Shown piece by piece: positions 1-11,500 of a stretch of DNA of 64,000 nt. The notes beneath the pieces are model-generated. The model made no database searches. It was not told the origin of the DNA and saw nothing but the letters and a program-made list of their open reading frames with translations. The translations under genes and the position numbers were made by a program. Source of the stretch: Callorhinchus milii. Taxonomy: Eukaryota. The DNA lies in the NCBI RefSeq assembly GCF_018977255.1, contig NW_024704742.1, positions 68,326,001 to 68,390,000 on the forward strand, read 5' to 3'. Position 1 is the first letter of the stretch. Every line of letters starts with the position of its first letter.

Positions 1-163
1 CCCTTTTATGTCAAGGTCACCAAAACCACAGAGATTTACAAAAGATGAATTAGCACAGAAACAGACCAGTCGACCAACCAATCCATGCCGGTGTTTACAC
101 TCCACATGAATTTTTACCCATATTGTATTGCAAAGACCTTTAGTACTACAAGAGAGTATCGTT

Positions 164-537
164 GAGTCCTGTAACATAGTGGTTAGTGTGCTTGCCTCAT
201 ATGCGAGAGGACCCGCGTTTGATTCCCAGGCAGGGTGAAACCTTAAACAAGTTCCCTTACTCCACACACTTCTGTTTACCTAGTAGTAAGTAGGAACCTG
301 GTTGTTATTCGACTGTCAGATCACTTTCCAGGAGTAATAATCACTCCCACGCCAAAAAATAAATTTGGTCACTCAATCCAGGAGTGTTTGTGGGATAATG
401 TGTGTATGCAATTGGCTGCTGTGTTTTGCCGATAAAGTATACAGTCAATTCACTTTACACTATATTCTGTGAAGCGCTTTGAGACGTCTCAATGACATGA
501 TAAGATGCTATATCAAATGCAAGGATTATTAATATTA
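164..537 (+). mobile_element. tRNA-derived SINE with Deu-like core (long form)
   Basis: gagtcctgta..tggttag A box, gtttgattcc B box, core tgtttgtggga..caattggctgc, tail gcaaggattatt; dozens of related copies in the window. Confidence 0.85.
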
Positions 538-3295
538 AGGGAGGAATTATTTGAGAGGTTATAAAGTCAAGGTAGATAGGACGTTGGGAATGGATGCACA
601 AGGTGGGGTTTAACTTGACTTCCTCCAATGCTCAAGCAATTTCTCCTAAGAGGTTGTATCAATGATAGAGTTGTTTTTGGAAGGTAAGAGCTAAATGAAT
701 GGGGTGGAGGTGGGGGGGTGGTGGGGGGGTGATCTGGAGGCATAAGATCTGATGGCCCAAAGGCCATCTAGATCAATCTTGTGATCTTGTGAATGGATTG
801 AAATGGCTTTTATTTATTCCTATTTTGTCTTCTTACCTTCAATGGCTGTGCCAAGAGAGGAAGTGTGAGAGACAACAACATGCATTTATATAGCCTTCAT
901 GCAGGGCAACTCGCAGCACTTAAAGAGACAGACAAATACAGAGAAACACAGATAGATTTTGTTTTGGGTAGCCAGATGTTTGCCAACAGCGGAAACCCAT
1001 CATCATGCTCTTAAAAGCATTCAAACCAAGCTGACAATTCCATGTATCCCACCTACACATGGACATCCCAGAGATAGATTGTTGGAATGGAATGTGCACT
1101 CTCTCCCTGGAGGGGCACATCCTGTTTACTTAATTCCTGAAAGTATTAGCCCGGTTGGTAAGAGCCAAGGCTTGGGGACCCCAGAGTGTGCGTTGGGATA
1201 ACTGCTGGAGTCGAACCAACTAAAACTACATAGCTTGCCATTGAGATTGCTGTCTATATCTGATAGATATAGAAAAAGATGAATACAGAAAGAGAAAGAG
1301 AAAGAGAAAGAAAGAGAATCCAACAATCATTACTATAAACACATGTATATGCAAGAAAGTTAACAGAAAGGACTGTTGAGTTAGACTGGGCATCAAACAT
1401 GCACATCAGTAAACTGAATAAGTATGTAACCTTTCGGGTTAATACAATTTACATCAATTAATTGAAATGAATTCTGACAGATCACGGACTTGCAGGAAAA
1501 AATCATATTTTTCATTAAAATAATTGTCAAAATGTCCCATTAACAAGCCATTAACTAACTAATTTAATGTACAGATGCAAAATCAGAAGATATAATTGAT
1601 ACAGGACCTTAGCTTACACTCGTCATTTCACTCTCGCTGTGTCAGAGCAAAGCAGATAAGATGGAATGCATTCCATGAGTGTAGTTTTCTAACACTCCAA
1701 AGTGAAGTCTGAATAATTCTTGCATTTGTTATATAGTACCGTTTCACATCAGGAAGACTTCTTAAAGGGCACAGGGTTTACTGTAAAGTGTTGTGACTGT
1801 GAACTTATAGATGAACGTGGCAGATTATGGGCCAATGCCCTAGGAGAAACTCCCTTCTCTTTTCAAATAGTGCTGTGGGTTCTTTAATGTCCTCCTGAAC
1901 AAAGAGAGGCAAGAGGTTTAACATCTCACCCGAAGGATGATGCCTCCATCAATGCAGCATTCCCCCAGCACTGCACTGTAATGTAGACCTAGACTAAGTA
2001 AGTTCAGAGTCCCAAAGTACCCAAAAGGGGAGAAATCTCTCCTGGATCTAGATTGATTCTATTTTATTAGCATCTGGGGCAGAGCAGAATTTGGCCAATT
2101 GTTGAAGCTATTGTTGAAAGAAACTTGCAGAAAACTGCTGCCAAAATTAAGACTGCATTTAGGATTTGCCACATCTGGACACTCTAACGTATGCTTGTGG
2201 AACATTATGGTGTGCAATTGGCTGCCGCCTTTTGCCCACAAAAATTCACTTTACAGTATATTCTGTGAAGCACTTTGCAATGTCTCAATGATGCGATGAG
2301 GGGCTATATTAACTGCAAGGATTATTATTATTTATTTGTTCGTGTTGTTATTTATTCAATCAATGCTTGGGCAGGGGAAGTCAGCGTAATAAATTCTTGT
2401 ATCCCACATAAAGAGAAGTCTTGCAGGGGACTTGATTGAGGTATGTGAACTGTGAAACATGATAAAGAACAATGCTTTCAACTAGTCCAAGATAACTGGT
2501 CCAAGTCCAGGAATAAAAAGTTATGGGCAGACACCAGGAAGTTTTACTTTACACTGAGAGTGATCGAGGGCTGAGTCAGAAGTTGTCAGAGAAGATGACT
2601 GAGATCAATGGATTGATTCATTTCAGAAGTAACTTGCTGCTATAATGGGAAGACAGACCAGGGGCCGTGGCTCTAGATCGATAAGATCCAATGGACCAAA
2701 AAGCGTTCTTCATCTTTAGTGATTAAATTTACTGAGTTTAACTCAGTTGACCTCACCCTTCCAGAACACCCAGCCATCTGTCCTCCCATCACAACATTGA
2801 GCAGTTTTTTAGATGAGTCCCAGTGTTCTGGACTCAAGCATCCTTCCTTTTCCAGTTGTTATTGTATTCTGTGTACACAAAATACTACAGCAACAGCAAC
2901 TTGCATTTATTTAGGGACCTTCACTTTTCACTCACAAAATAGTTAATCCACTTTACAATATATTCAGTGTGAAGCAAACTCTTTGAGACGTCTCAGCGAC
3001 ATGATAAGGTACTATATCAAACGCAAGGATTATTACTATTAACAACTAAAACATAATTGGTAAATGTATTCAGATTGTGAATCTCTGCATTCATGTCGTT
3101 GAATGAATTAAGTCCCATTTTACTAATTTAGAAAAAAAATGTACAAGTGAAAGACGTCAGGAGCTGTGACTGAGTCCAGGTGAATCGTGAGTGGGGCCGG
3201 CATCCAGCTCATTACAATACTTTAGACAATGTATTTAGTCTGGGCTAAATTAGCGGGATTGTACAGTGTCTGCACTCTGGATAATTATTGGAGGG

Positions 3296-3301
3296 TATAA
3301 A
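3296..3301 (+). promoter_or_regulatory. OXT TATA box
   Basis: TATAAA starting 87 nt upstream of the OXT ATG; CRE-like AGACGTCA at 3152-3159. Confidence 0.75.
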
Positions 3302-3382
3302 GGAAGTGCGCACTGCCAAGGTCTCAGTGCAGTTCCAAACCTTTGCGAAGCTGCTCATCTTCAAGACTGCTCAGCTTTGACC

Positions 3383-3502
3383 ATGCATTCCGCTTGCCTG
3401 GCTCTCTGCCTCCTCTGCCTTGTCCCCTTCACCATGGCTTGTTACATTCAGAACTGCCCCTTAGGAGGCAAAAGGTCCATCATGGACACACAGATGAGAC
3501 AG
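3383..3502 (+). CDS. OXT: OXT exon 1 (signal peptide, oxytocin, GKR, start of neurophysin)
   Basis: ATG at 3383 to CAG|GTAAGG donor; 120 nt. Confidence 0.97.
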
Positions 3503-6451
3503 GTAAGGAACCAGTCCTTTCCTAAAAGGCTGCTTCTCTTCTCTCCGCTTGCTCAACATTTTGTTAGCATGTTGCTGGTGAGGTTGTTGAATGGTGCAGT
3601 TAGTTTATATTAATAATATAATAATAATAATCCTTGTATTTTGATATAGCACCTTATCACGTCATTGAGACGTCTCAAAGCGCCTCACAGAATATATTGT
3701 AAAGTGAATTGACTGTATTTTGTGGGTGAAATGTGGCAGTCAATTGCGCACAGCAGTGTCTCACAAACAGTCGTGGATTGAGTGGCCGAATTATTATTAT
3801 TATTTTTGGGAGGTTTACAGTGACTATGTGAAGTGCAGTTTACATGTGAAGGGGAAGCACACTCATAAAATTGCGGGTTAAGCTTTGCCTAAAACAGATC
3901 AACGCTGTTTACAGGAACAAGGGATTTTGTAAACATAAATCAGCATTGCTTAGAATTTTAGTCACTTCCAATGCTCTTAGACCAGATCACAGCCTTTTGA
4001 AACTGTTCAATAAGTGGGTAATTTGTTCAAGTAAAGTCAGACACTTTTCACTGGAACTTGCCGGCACTGTGTAGTGAATGTCTTGTAACCACCCTGTAAT
4101 AACCTGTAATTTCTGTATCATGTCAGCCTGGCTCAGTTGGTAGCACTCTCACCTCTGAGTCAGAAGGCTGTGTGTTCAAGCTCCAGGATAGCCTTTGAAC
4201 TCCCATAGTCTAAGCTGACGTTACAGTGCAGTGCTGGGGGATGTTGTATTGTCAGAGGTGCCATCTTTCAGAAGAGGTTCCATCTGCTTGTTCGGCTAAA
4301 GACCCCATGGCTCTATTCAAAAAGAGAAGGGAGTTTCTCCCAGTGTCCTAGTCAACAATCCTCCTAATAAAACTGGTCACTCATTTCAAGGCTGTTTGTG
4401 GGATGTTGCTGTGAGCAAATTGGCTGCCGCGTTTCAGTGAAGTGACTGTGTATTTTATTTCCCGACAAATTACAAACAGTCACTGCCCTTTTCAGAATAA
4501 CCTGTGAAGAGTCATATCCTCCTGACATGAAAGGCCCTATATTAAATGTAGGGATTGTTTATTTTTATAGTTTGCCGTGAAGTGTAGTGACTGTGTACGT
4601 TTGTGGGTGAACACGTTTGCCGGCTTCCTGCACACTGATGCAATCTCTCTTCTGTTCCAGTGTTTGCCGTGTGGCCCGGATGATAGGGGCCGCTGCTTCG
4701 GGCCCCGCATTTGCTGCGGGCGGGACATCGGCTGCTACGTGGGGACGGCGGAGACGCTGGGATGTCGAGGGGAGAATTACCTGCCATCCCCGTGTGAACC
4801 TGCGGGAAGGCCCTGCGGCTCAGAGCGTGGCAAGTGTGCCTCACCGGGAATCTGCTGCGATGATGGTGAGTCCATTTGTCCTCATTCCCCAGCCCTGGCC
4901 AGGAAAGACCTCAAGGCGACAGAGGGGGTGAATAGCAGATTTACTCAATTGATACCTGGGGATGAGGGGTATGGTCTATCAGCCAAGACTGGAGGAACGG
5001 GACCTTTACCAATGGGACACGACAAGTTAAGGGCTGACCTGATCGAGGGGTTTGATAGAGTCAGTAGGGAGAAATTATTTACACTGGTTGGTGAGGCAGT
5101 GACTAGAGAAGATCAATTTAAGATAGTAAATAGGGACGTGAGGAGAATGTTTTTCATGCACAGATTTGTTAGGAGTGGTGGTTTCTGGGATGTCACGCTA
5201 CACAAATTTGCTGCCGCATTTGTTAACAAACATACAGTCACTTCACTTTACAGTACATCCTGTGAAGCTCTTTGAGAATCCTTCTGATCTGAAAGGCGCG
5301 GTTATCAAATGAAAGGATATTATTATGCGTTATATTATTAACAATATTCATTATTAATATTTGGCCAAACTAGTCAGTATGAGTTAGTTTGTCCAAATAA
5401 TAATGGGGTGGGGGGAGTGGTGGGGGATGGGGGAGATGACCAAAAGCATAGTCAAAGAGGAGGTGAGCTTTGAAAGGGAGGGGGCGAGTTGTGAAGCAGG
5501 TTTAAATGCGAGTACGATCCATTGGGTGATGCGGAGCCAGTGAAGCCGGGCGAGGATGCAGGTGATGGAACTCACGGAACCTGGTGCGGGAGAAGACGCA
5601 AGTTGCAGGGTTCTGGATGGTCTACGCCTTGTGTTAAACGTGAGGCGGTGTCCCTTTCAGGACGTGTGTGAATTTCCACATAGGTTCCTTTCTAAAGCAG
5701 TAAAAAGAATGACAGCTGCGGGACTTAGAGGGTTAACGAACGTAAATCCTTAAAGGTGGGAAGCCGGGTGTGCAAGGCTGTCAAAAAAGCAAATGGAATC
5801 CTCAGTTTTATCGGGGTGTAGATTATAAAACCAAAGAGGTAATGCTAAACCTAAATAAACAACAACAAATGGTATTTTTCATACAATTGATATAGCGCCT
5901 TATCACATCATCGAGATGTCTCAAAGTGCTTCATAGGATATACTGTAAAGTTCATTGACTATGCATCTTGTGGGTGAACGTGGCAGCCAATTTGCGCACC
6001 GCAAAGTCCTGCAAATATTGAGTCACCAATTTTATTTGGGGGATTGTTGGCCAGTTCACAGGAAACAGAAACTCCCTTCTCTTATTGAATAGTGCCGTGG
6101 GATCTTTAAAGTCCACCTAAACAGGCAGACGGGAGTTGCATTTATATAGCATGTGGCAAGGTCTCAGAATGTTAACAGTGGTGGAGCTTGACGCTGAGCT
6201 GGAGAGAGGGGGGAGGTTGGCTCTCAGTTAGAATGCTAGGTCCAGTATTGGTCACCCCAGTTTAGGAAGGATGTCGAGGTGATCGAGGGGCTGAGAGGAG
6301 ATTCCCTGGGTTGATACCGGGGATGAGAGAATGGCTGATCCCATGTTGTGCATTGATATTGTCTGACATTGGCGATGCCTGTGTTTGTGTTACAGAAAGC
6401 TGTGCCGTGGACCCCATGTGTAACGTGAGGACCACCTTCTCATCAGACTAA
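3383..6451 (+). CDS. OXT: Oxytocin-neurophysin 1 precursor, 126 aa, 3 exons: join(3383..3502,4661..4865,6396..6451)
   Basis: 19-aa signal peptide [19 protein letters not shown], nonapeptide CYIQNCPLG (3440-3466), GKR processing site, 14-Cys neurophysin with ENYLPSPC, stop TAA at 6449-6451, no copeptin. All introns are GT-AG with phases 0 and 1, as in other OXT/AVP genes. Confidence 0.97.
4122..4540 (+). mobile_element. Older Deu-domain tRNA SINE (SacSINE1-like) in OXT intron 1
   Basis: tggctcagttggtagcactctc head; gctgtttgtgggatgttgctgtgagcaaattggctgccgcgtttc Deu-like core; related pieces at 19680-19845, 21420-22110, 38030-38330. Confidence 0.7.
4661..4865 (+). CDS. OXT: OXT exon 2 (neurophysin core)
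   Basis: tctcttctgttccag acceptor; CLPCGP...GICCDD; G|GTGAGT donor; 205 nt; GC/CpG-rich. Confidence 0.97.
6396..6451 (+). CDS. OXT: OXT exon 3 coding part ([18 protein letters not shown])
   Basis: tgtgttacag acceptor; phase matches exon 2; supplies the last two neurophysin cysteines. Confidence 0.93.
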
Positions 6452-6868
6452 CGTGGCTCAGCACTAACCCCCCCCACACACAAGACCTGATCTGACCCCT
6501 GGTGTGAAATTCTTGAACGCTCAATAATTCTTTCCACTAAGTGATGCTCAATGTCCATCCAATACGCTGTAGACTCACTGGACCAGACTGATGGGTTTGG
6601 GTGGAGGTGGGAGGGGGAAATCTCACTTGGGATCAAGATTCACTCTGTTTCTCTTCTTTTTAGGAACATTTTAAGAAAAACGGCTGCAAAGTTTTCAGTC
6701 GAACACAATGTCAGCCAATGATTTGTCAAATTCTGGACGCTCTAAAATGCTGAGAAATTAGAGTAAATTGAGACCGAGAGGGGTGTGGGGGTTGATCTTT
6801 TTAATGTTAAGCAGATATTGTCTGAAGTTGGCCCAATGTGTACACAGATGCATTTGAGATGAATGTGC

Positions 6869-6906
6869 AATAAATGTCAAAATTTGGCACAACAATATAC
6901 AATAAA
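6869..6906 (+). terminator. OXT polyadenylation signals (two AATAAA, 6869-6874 and 6901-6906)
   Basis: First AATAAA motifs after the stop codon, followed by GT-rich sequence. Confidence 0.65.
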
Positions 6907-7508
6907 CACCAGTGCTGTCCTTTACCTGAGTCCTGTGGTTACTGTTTGTGAATAATAATGGTAATAATAATGCTGATAATAATAATAATAAATGGTTTGA
7001 CAAAATACCTTGTGAACAAAATATGAACCTCCTGCAAAAATTGGCTGCTACGTTTTGTCCACGAAATACATAGTCAATCCACTTTACAATATATTCCGTG
7101 CAGGACTTTGAGACGTCTCAACAACGTGATAAGGCTATTTTAGGAAGTTCAAACACACAAAGAAAAGTAACATCCATTCATATATAAAGTGGCAGTGGTA
7201 TTGGTCTGGCTGACCCATCACTGAAAACCACTTAGAAATGACTTCTACAGCGCAATTTAAATTATAATAACGTAATAAACATAATATTAATCTTTCATCA
7301 ATCATTTGATGCAGCGCCTTTCATGTCGGAAGAATGTCCCAAAGTGCTTTACAGGATATACTCAAATACCCTCCTCACCGGTCTCCGTGCTCCACTATCT
7401 ACAATCTGTGGTAGCGACTGAAGCCACAGTTTAATGTCTCATCCGAAGGGCAGAATAATGGTTAATGACACACAAGGAGCCAGTGTATGTTTGTAGCAAA
7501 ATAAAGTC

Positions 7509-7514
7509 TTTATT
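7509..7514 (-). terminator. GNRH2 polyadenylation signal AATAAA
   Basis: tttatt on the + strand, ~220 nt after the stop codon. Confidence 0.7.
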
Positions 7515-7735
7515 TTACTAGGTGTAACTGCAGTGCCAAAAGAAACACTCTTGATTTGAATTGATATCCGGTCAAAAGTCGCATGCCTTGGAGCTAACTT
7601 TCCCCTTTATACAGACTGCCCACATGTGCTGGGCACAAACACACACTTTGTAGGTTTTGAGAATGGTGTTTCTGATGAGCTTTTCCCCTTGTTCCCGTCA
7701 CCTCTGTGGCCAGTCACTTCCCCAACAATCTGTCC

Positions 7736-7774
7736 TCACTTCTTCTTCTGAAATCGTCCAGCCACTAGGTCAGC
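7736..7774 (-). CDS. GNRH2: GNRH2 last coding exon ([12 protein letters not shown])
   Basis: caattgcag acceptor; basic FQKKK C-terminus typical of GnRH2. Confidence 0.92.
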   Translation of the reverse strand, partial: ADLVAGRFQKKK

Positions 7775-9453
7775 CTGCAATTGTGAGTTTAAGAGAGAGA
7801 GTGTGTGCAAGAGAGAGTGCGAGAGAGTGAGAGACAGTGTGAGAGAGAGTGAGAGAGAGACAGAGTGTGAGAGAGTGTGTGTATATGAGAGACAGAGTGT
7901 GTGAGAGACAGAGTGAGAGTGTGTGTAAGAGAGAGAGAGAGTGCGAAAGAGAGAGAAAGTGTAAGTTTGGGAGAGAGTGTGTGTAAGAGTCAGGGATTGA
8001 GTGAGAGTGAGTGAGATAGAGAATGAGAGCATGAGCATGAGTGAGAGAATGAGAGAGTGAGGGAAAGTAAGAGAGTGTAAGAGTGAGAGAAACTGAATGA
8101 CAGTGAATTTGAGTGAGTGAGAGATAGAAAATGAGAGTGAGAGTGTGAGAGAGAGAGAAAGTGACACAAGGAGGGAAAGTGAGTGAGAGCGAGTAAAAGA
8201 GATTGAGAGATTGAGAGAGTGCGGCATATGTGCACTGTCAGCAGTGTGTGTGCATACGCCCAGTTACCAAAATGCTTCTAAACAGGTTTGTCCTTGGGCT
8301 TCGCACGAAGGCACAATCATCGCCCTCACACAGCTGGAATACTTCTGAAACCTAAAACAAAACAGCAAATGTTTGTTCCTATGAACTTTGCTAGTTTAAC
8401 AGCACTCACTAGTCACTGGGAGCAAGGGTTCTTCCTACTCAGCTCCCATTTAGTCCTGTAGCTCAGTGGTTAGAGCACTTGCCTCGCAAGCTAGAGACCT
8501 GGGTTTGATTCCAGCAGGGTGAAACCTTGAGCAAGTTTCCTTACACCACACGCCTGATAATAATCCCTCAAGAAAAAAATAATACATTGGTCACTTCAAT
8601 CCACGACTGTTTATGGGACACTGCTGTGCGCAATTGGCTGCTGCATTTTGCCCACAAATATAAAGTCAATTCACTTAATAGTCTATTCTGTGAAGAGCTT
8701 TGAGACGTCTAGAAGACATGAAAAGTGCTGTATCAAATGCAAGGTTTATTAGTTACCCTGCAAACCAAAGCCCTCTCGGTTAGGGTGGTCCTACTGAGAC
8801 AATCAGCTGTGTTTAAAGTCTGTCTTTATAAATCTGTTGCCTCAATTTCTGCCCTTGTGAATCTTTCACTGAATAAACCCGAGTCCTGTTGCGCATTGGT
8901 TAGTGCACTCGCCTCGCAAGTGAGAGGATCCAAGTTTGATTCCCAATCGGGGCAAAATGTTAGGCAAGTTTCCTTGCCTCACATTCTTGGTTTACACGAC
9001 AGTAAGTAGGAACCTGGGTGTTAGTTGCTTTCTGGAGGTAATAATCCCTAAAAAAAATTGGGTTACTCATATTATTTTGTAATTTTTGTATTATGTCACT
9101 CGTGGAGAGGAAACTGTTTGTGGGACACCGTTGTGCGCAATTGGCTGCTGCGTTTTGCCCACAAAATACATAGTCAATGCACTTTACAATATAGCTTGTG
9201 AAGCGCTTTGAGATGTTTCACCAACAAGATAAAGCTCTATATCAAATGCAAGGATTATTATTATTAAGTGCTCTGTGAGTCCCACAAATTTAAAGAAAAA
9301 GGCAACAGGACTGACCTCTGGGGTCTGAGCTTGGCCCAGTTCCCTCTTTCCACCTGGGTACCAACCGTGAGACCAGTGCTGGGCTCGGGAGACCTGAGTG
9401 TTAATAGCCAGCAGCACCAGCAGCAGGAGGAGAAGGTTTCTCTGGAGAGCCAT
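7736..9453 (-). CDS. GNRH2: Progonadoliberin-2 (chicken-II type GnRH) precursor, 86 aa: complement(join(7736..7774,8268..8351,9316..9453))
   Basis: 24-aa signal peptide, decapeptide [10 protein letters not shown] (9381-9352), [59 protein letters not shown] phase-0 introns. Confidence 0.96.
7792..8222. repeat. Compound (GA)n/(GT)n/(GAGT)n microsatellite filling GNRH2 last intron
   Basis: Direct inspection. Confidence 0.95.
8268..8351 (-). CDS. GNRH2: GNRH2 GAP exon
   Basis: ttttgttttag acceptor, TTG|GTAAC donor; 84 nt; LCEGDDC motif typical of GnRH2 GAP. Confidence 0.93.
8452..8750 (+). mobile_element. tRNA-Ala-like SINE, short (internally deleted) form
   Basis: agtcctgtagctcagtggttagagc head; lacks the ~60-nt tagcagtaagtaggaacc segment. 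Confidence 0.88.
8881..9266 (+). mobile_element. tRNA-Ala-like SINE, long form
   Basis: Head, core and (TTA)n tail present. Confidence 0.88.
9316..9453 (-). CDS. GNRH2: GNRH2 first coding exon (exon begins at 9456)
   Basis: ccttccaaaccag|gcaATG acceptor; GAG|GTCAG donor; 138 coding nt. Confidence 0.96.
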
Positions 9454-11500
9454 TGCCTGGTTTGGAAGGAAATTCTGTGGCTTCTGTCGAGATCCTAAGA
9501 GTTGATAACAAGTACCAGTTAGGCAGCGTGTAATGGAGGAAATCTGTGATGTTTCACAGCAACAATTTATCACAACAAGAACAAAGTTAGATTTATACAG
9601 CGTCATTCTCATTGGGAAGATGTTCCAAGGTGCTAGACAGAAGCACCTTGGGATGTTATTATTAATAATAATTAATAATTTACCTCTGAGTCAAGTATTT
9701 GGAATCGCATCATCCAATGCAGCACTGAGGATTTATTGCATTGTTGGAGGTGCTGTTAAAGATACAGTGGCACTATTCGAAAAGAGAAGGGAGTTTCTCT
9801 CTCCCAGTGTCCTGGCCAACAATGCCCCAGATAAATAAAATTGGTTACTCACTCCATGACTGTGTGTGGGATATTGCTGTGCACAACTGGCTGCCGCATT
9901 TCGCCCACAAAATACACAGTCAATCCATTTTACATTATATCTTTGAATCCCTTGGAGACATAATAATAATGATTATTATGTCTCAAAGGGATTCAAAGAT
10001 ATAATTATTATTATCTCAACAACGTGATAAGGCGCTATATCGAATACAAGGATTATTTCATATAATTTTCCATAAAATCACTTTTTTTTGGAAAATATTT
10101 ATTTATCTTTAAATCTAATATTTAGTACAACCGAAATCCAAAACAAACACAACATCGTCGGTTGCAATTTTTTGCTTTCTCCCGATACAAAAACACATTC
10201 CGTTGTTTACGGTACATTCCTTCCCCGCACACAGGTTGTGCACACGTGTTTTGGGACGCTCCTTTTATCACAGTCGGGAGTCGCCCCTGTGTGCACCACA
10301 TCCATGTGCGCACCACGCACACCCTGATAAGGCTCACTTGCCGCTTTCGGAAGCCGCCCTGATGTGCACTGTACGTGAACACTCAATCCACGACTGTTTG
10401 TGGGACACTGCTGTGCGCAATTGGCTGCCACGTTTTGCCCACAAAATACACTTTACAATATATTCTGTGAAGCGCTTTGAAACTTCTCAACAATGTGATA
10501 AGACGTTATATCAAATCCAAGGATTATTACTATTATTATTATTAATTTGGAAGCTGCTTCTATTTTTAAAAAATGCATAAAAAAGACTTCTAAATTAGTG
10601 CTGAATTTAAGAATTTTTGCACAGTTCTGTGACATCTTAAACTGTAAGACAACGTGGTCAGTCTTATTAGCTAAGACAAGATGGAATTTCAGGCCAGCAG
10701 TCTGCAGTAAGATTCAGTATCAAACATAGGTTTGAGTTACATAGAAACATAGGAGCATAGGAATTGCTAGACGAAAAAAGACTAAGATCCATCTAGTTCA
10801 CCTTCTACCATCCTGGTAGTCTCTTGCTACAATAATGGAGCTGTTAATAGTAATTAATTCTGTATGGATTAATTTACAACACAGTGGAAAACTCTGGGAA
10901 CCGTAGATCCAAAGGTACCTGGTTCTTCCAAGCCATACTACACTTGTCATGTCTCACATTATTCCTATACTGTAAACCAAAATACTATTTTCCAAAATAA
11001 ATCCAAGTAATTTACACTTGAATGAACTGACACTATCTGCCTCCACTGTCTCCATAGATTTACCACTCGCTCACTGAAATAGTGTTTCACACTTTTACAT
11101 TATAGACAATGTAACATTACCAAAACACTGAGTGATACAGCCCAGCACAGAATAATACTGACATTTGTTTTCCAAATATTTGTGTCAAACTGGCAGATTT
11201 AATCCAACCACTCAGACACCTACAGACACCACTCATAATCAGACTGCGCTGGTGGTCGCCTGAGACTGAAGAGAGCATCAACTCTAAACCCACCAGCACA
11301 AATTTGACAGTCTTGCCCACCTTTAAAGTGAAGCGGATTATCCCTTGGTTAAGTTCCAGACACATTGGCTATTTCTACACACTGTGCAAGTTAACTGCTT
11401 AGAGATATCTCAACGACATGATAACACGCTATATCAAATGTAAGGATTATTAGTATTATCATAATCACGAGGACCAGCGAGGTATTTCTAAACCACTCAC

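Noticed and set aside
1..3300. Vasotocin gene or MRPS26 expected from synteny
   Set aside because: No CYIQNCPRG exon, second neurophysin or MRPS26-like exon seen anywhere in the window; vasotocin presumably lies upstream
3266..3613. 115-aa ORF extending OXT exon 1 at both ends
   Set aside because: Starts at a GTG upstream of the TATA box and runs into intron 1; the real CDS is 3383-3502
4577..5275. 232-aa ORF that looks like a neurophysin fused to an RT-like tail
   Set aside because: Read-through from OXT exon 2 past a canonical donor into an intronic CR1 fragment; not a fusion gene
6452..6560. Possible vestigial copeptin after the OXT stop
   Set aside because: No N-x-T glycosylation site or leucine-rich LLLRL core in any frame
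7736..8235. Ser/Leu/His-rich ORFs of 163 and 81 aa
   Set aside because: Translations of the microsatellite; only the last 12 codons are real GNRH2
8452..8525. tRNA-Ala genes at SINE heads
   Set aside because: Always followed by SINE body and tail, with variable mutations and no proper tRNA 3' end or terminator
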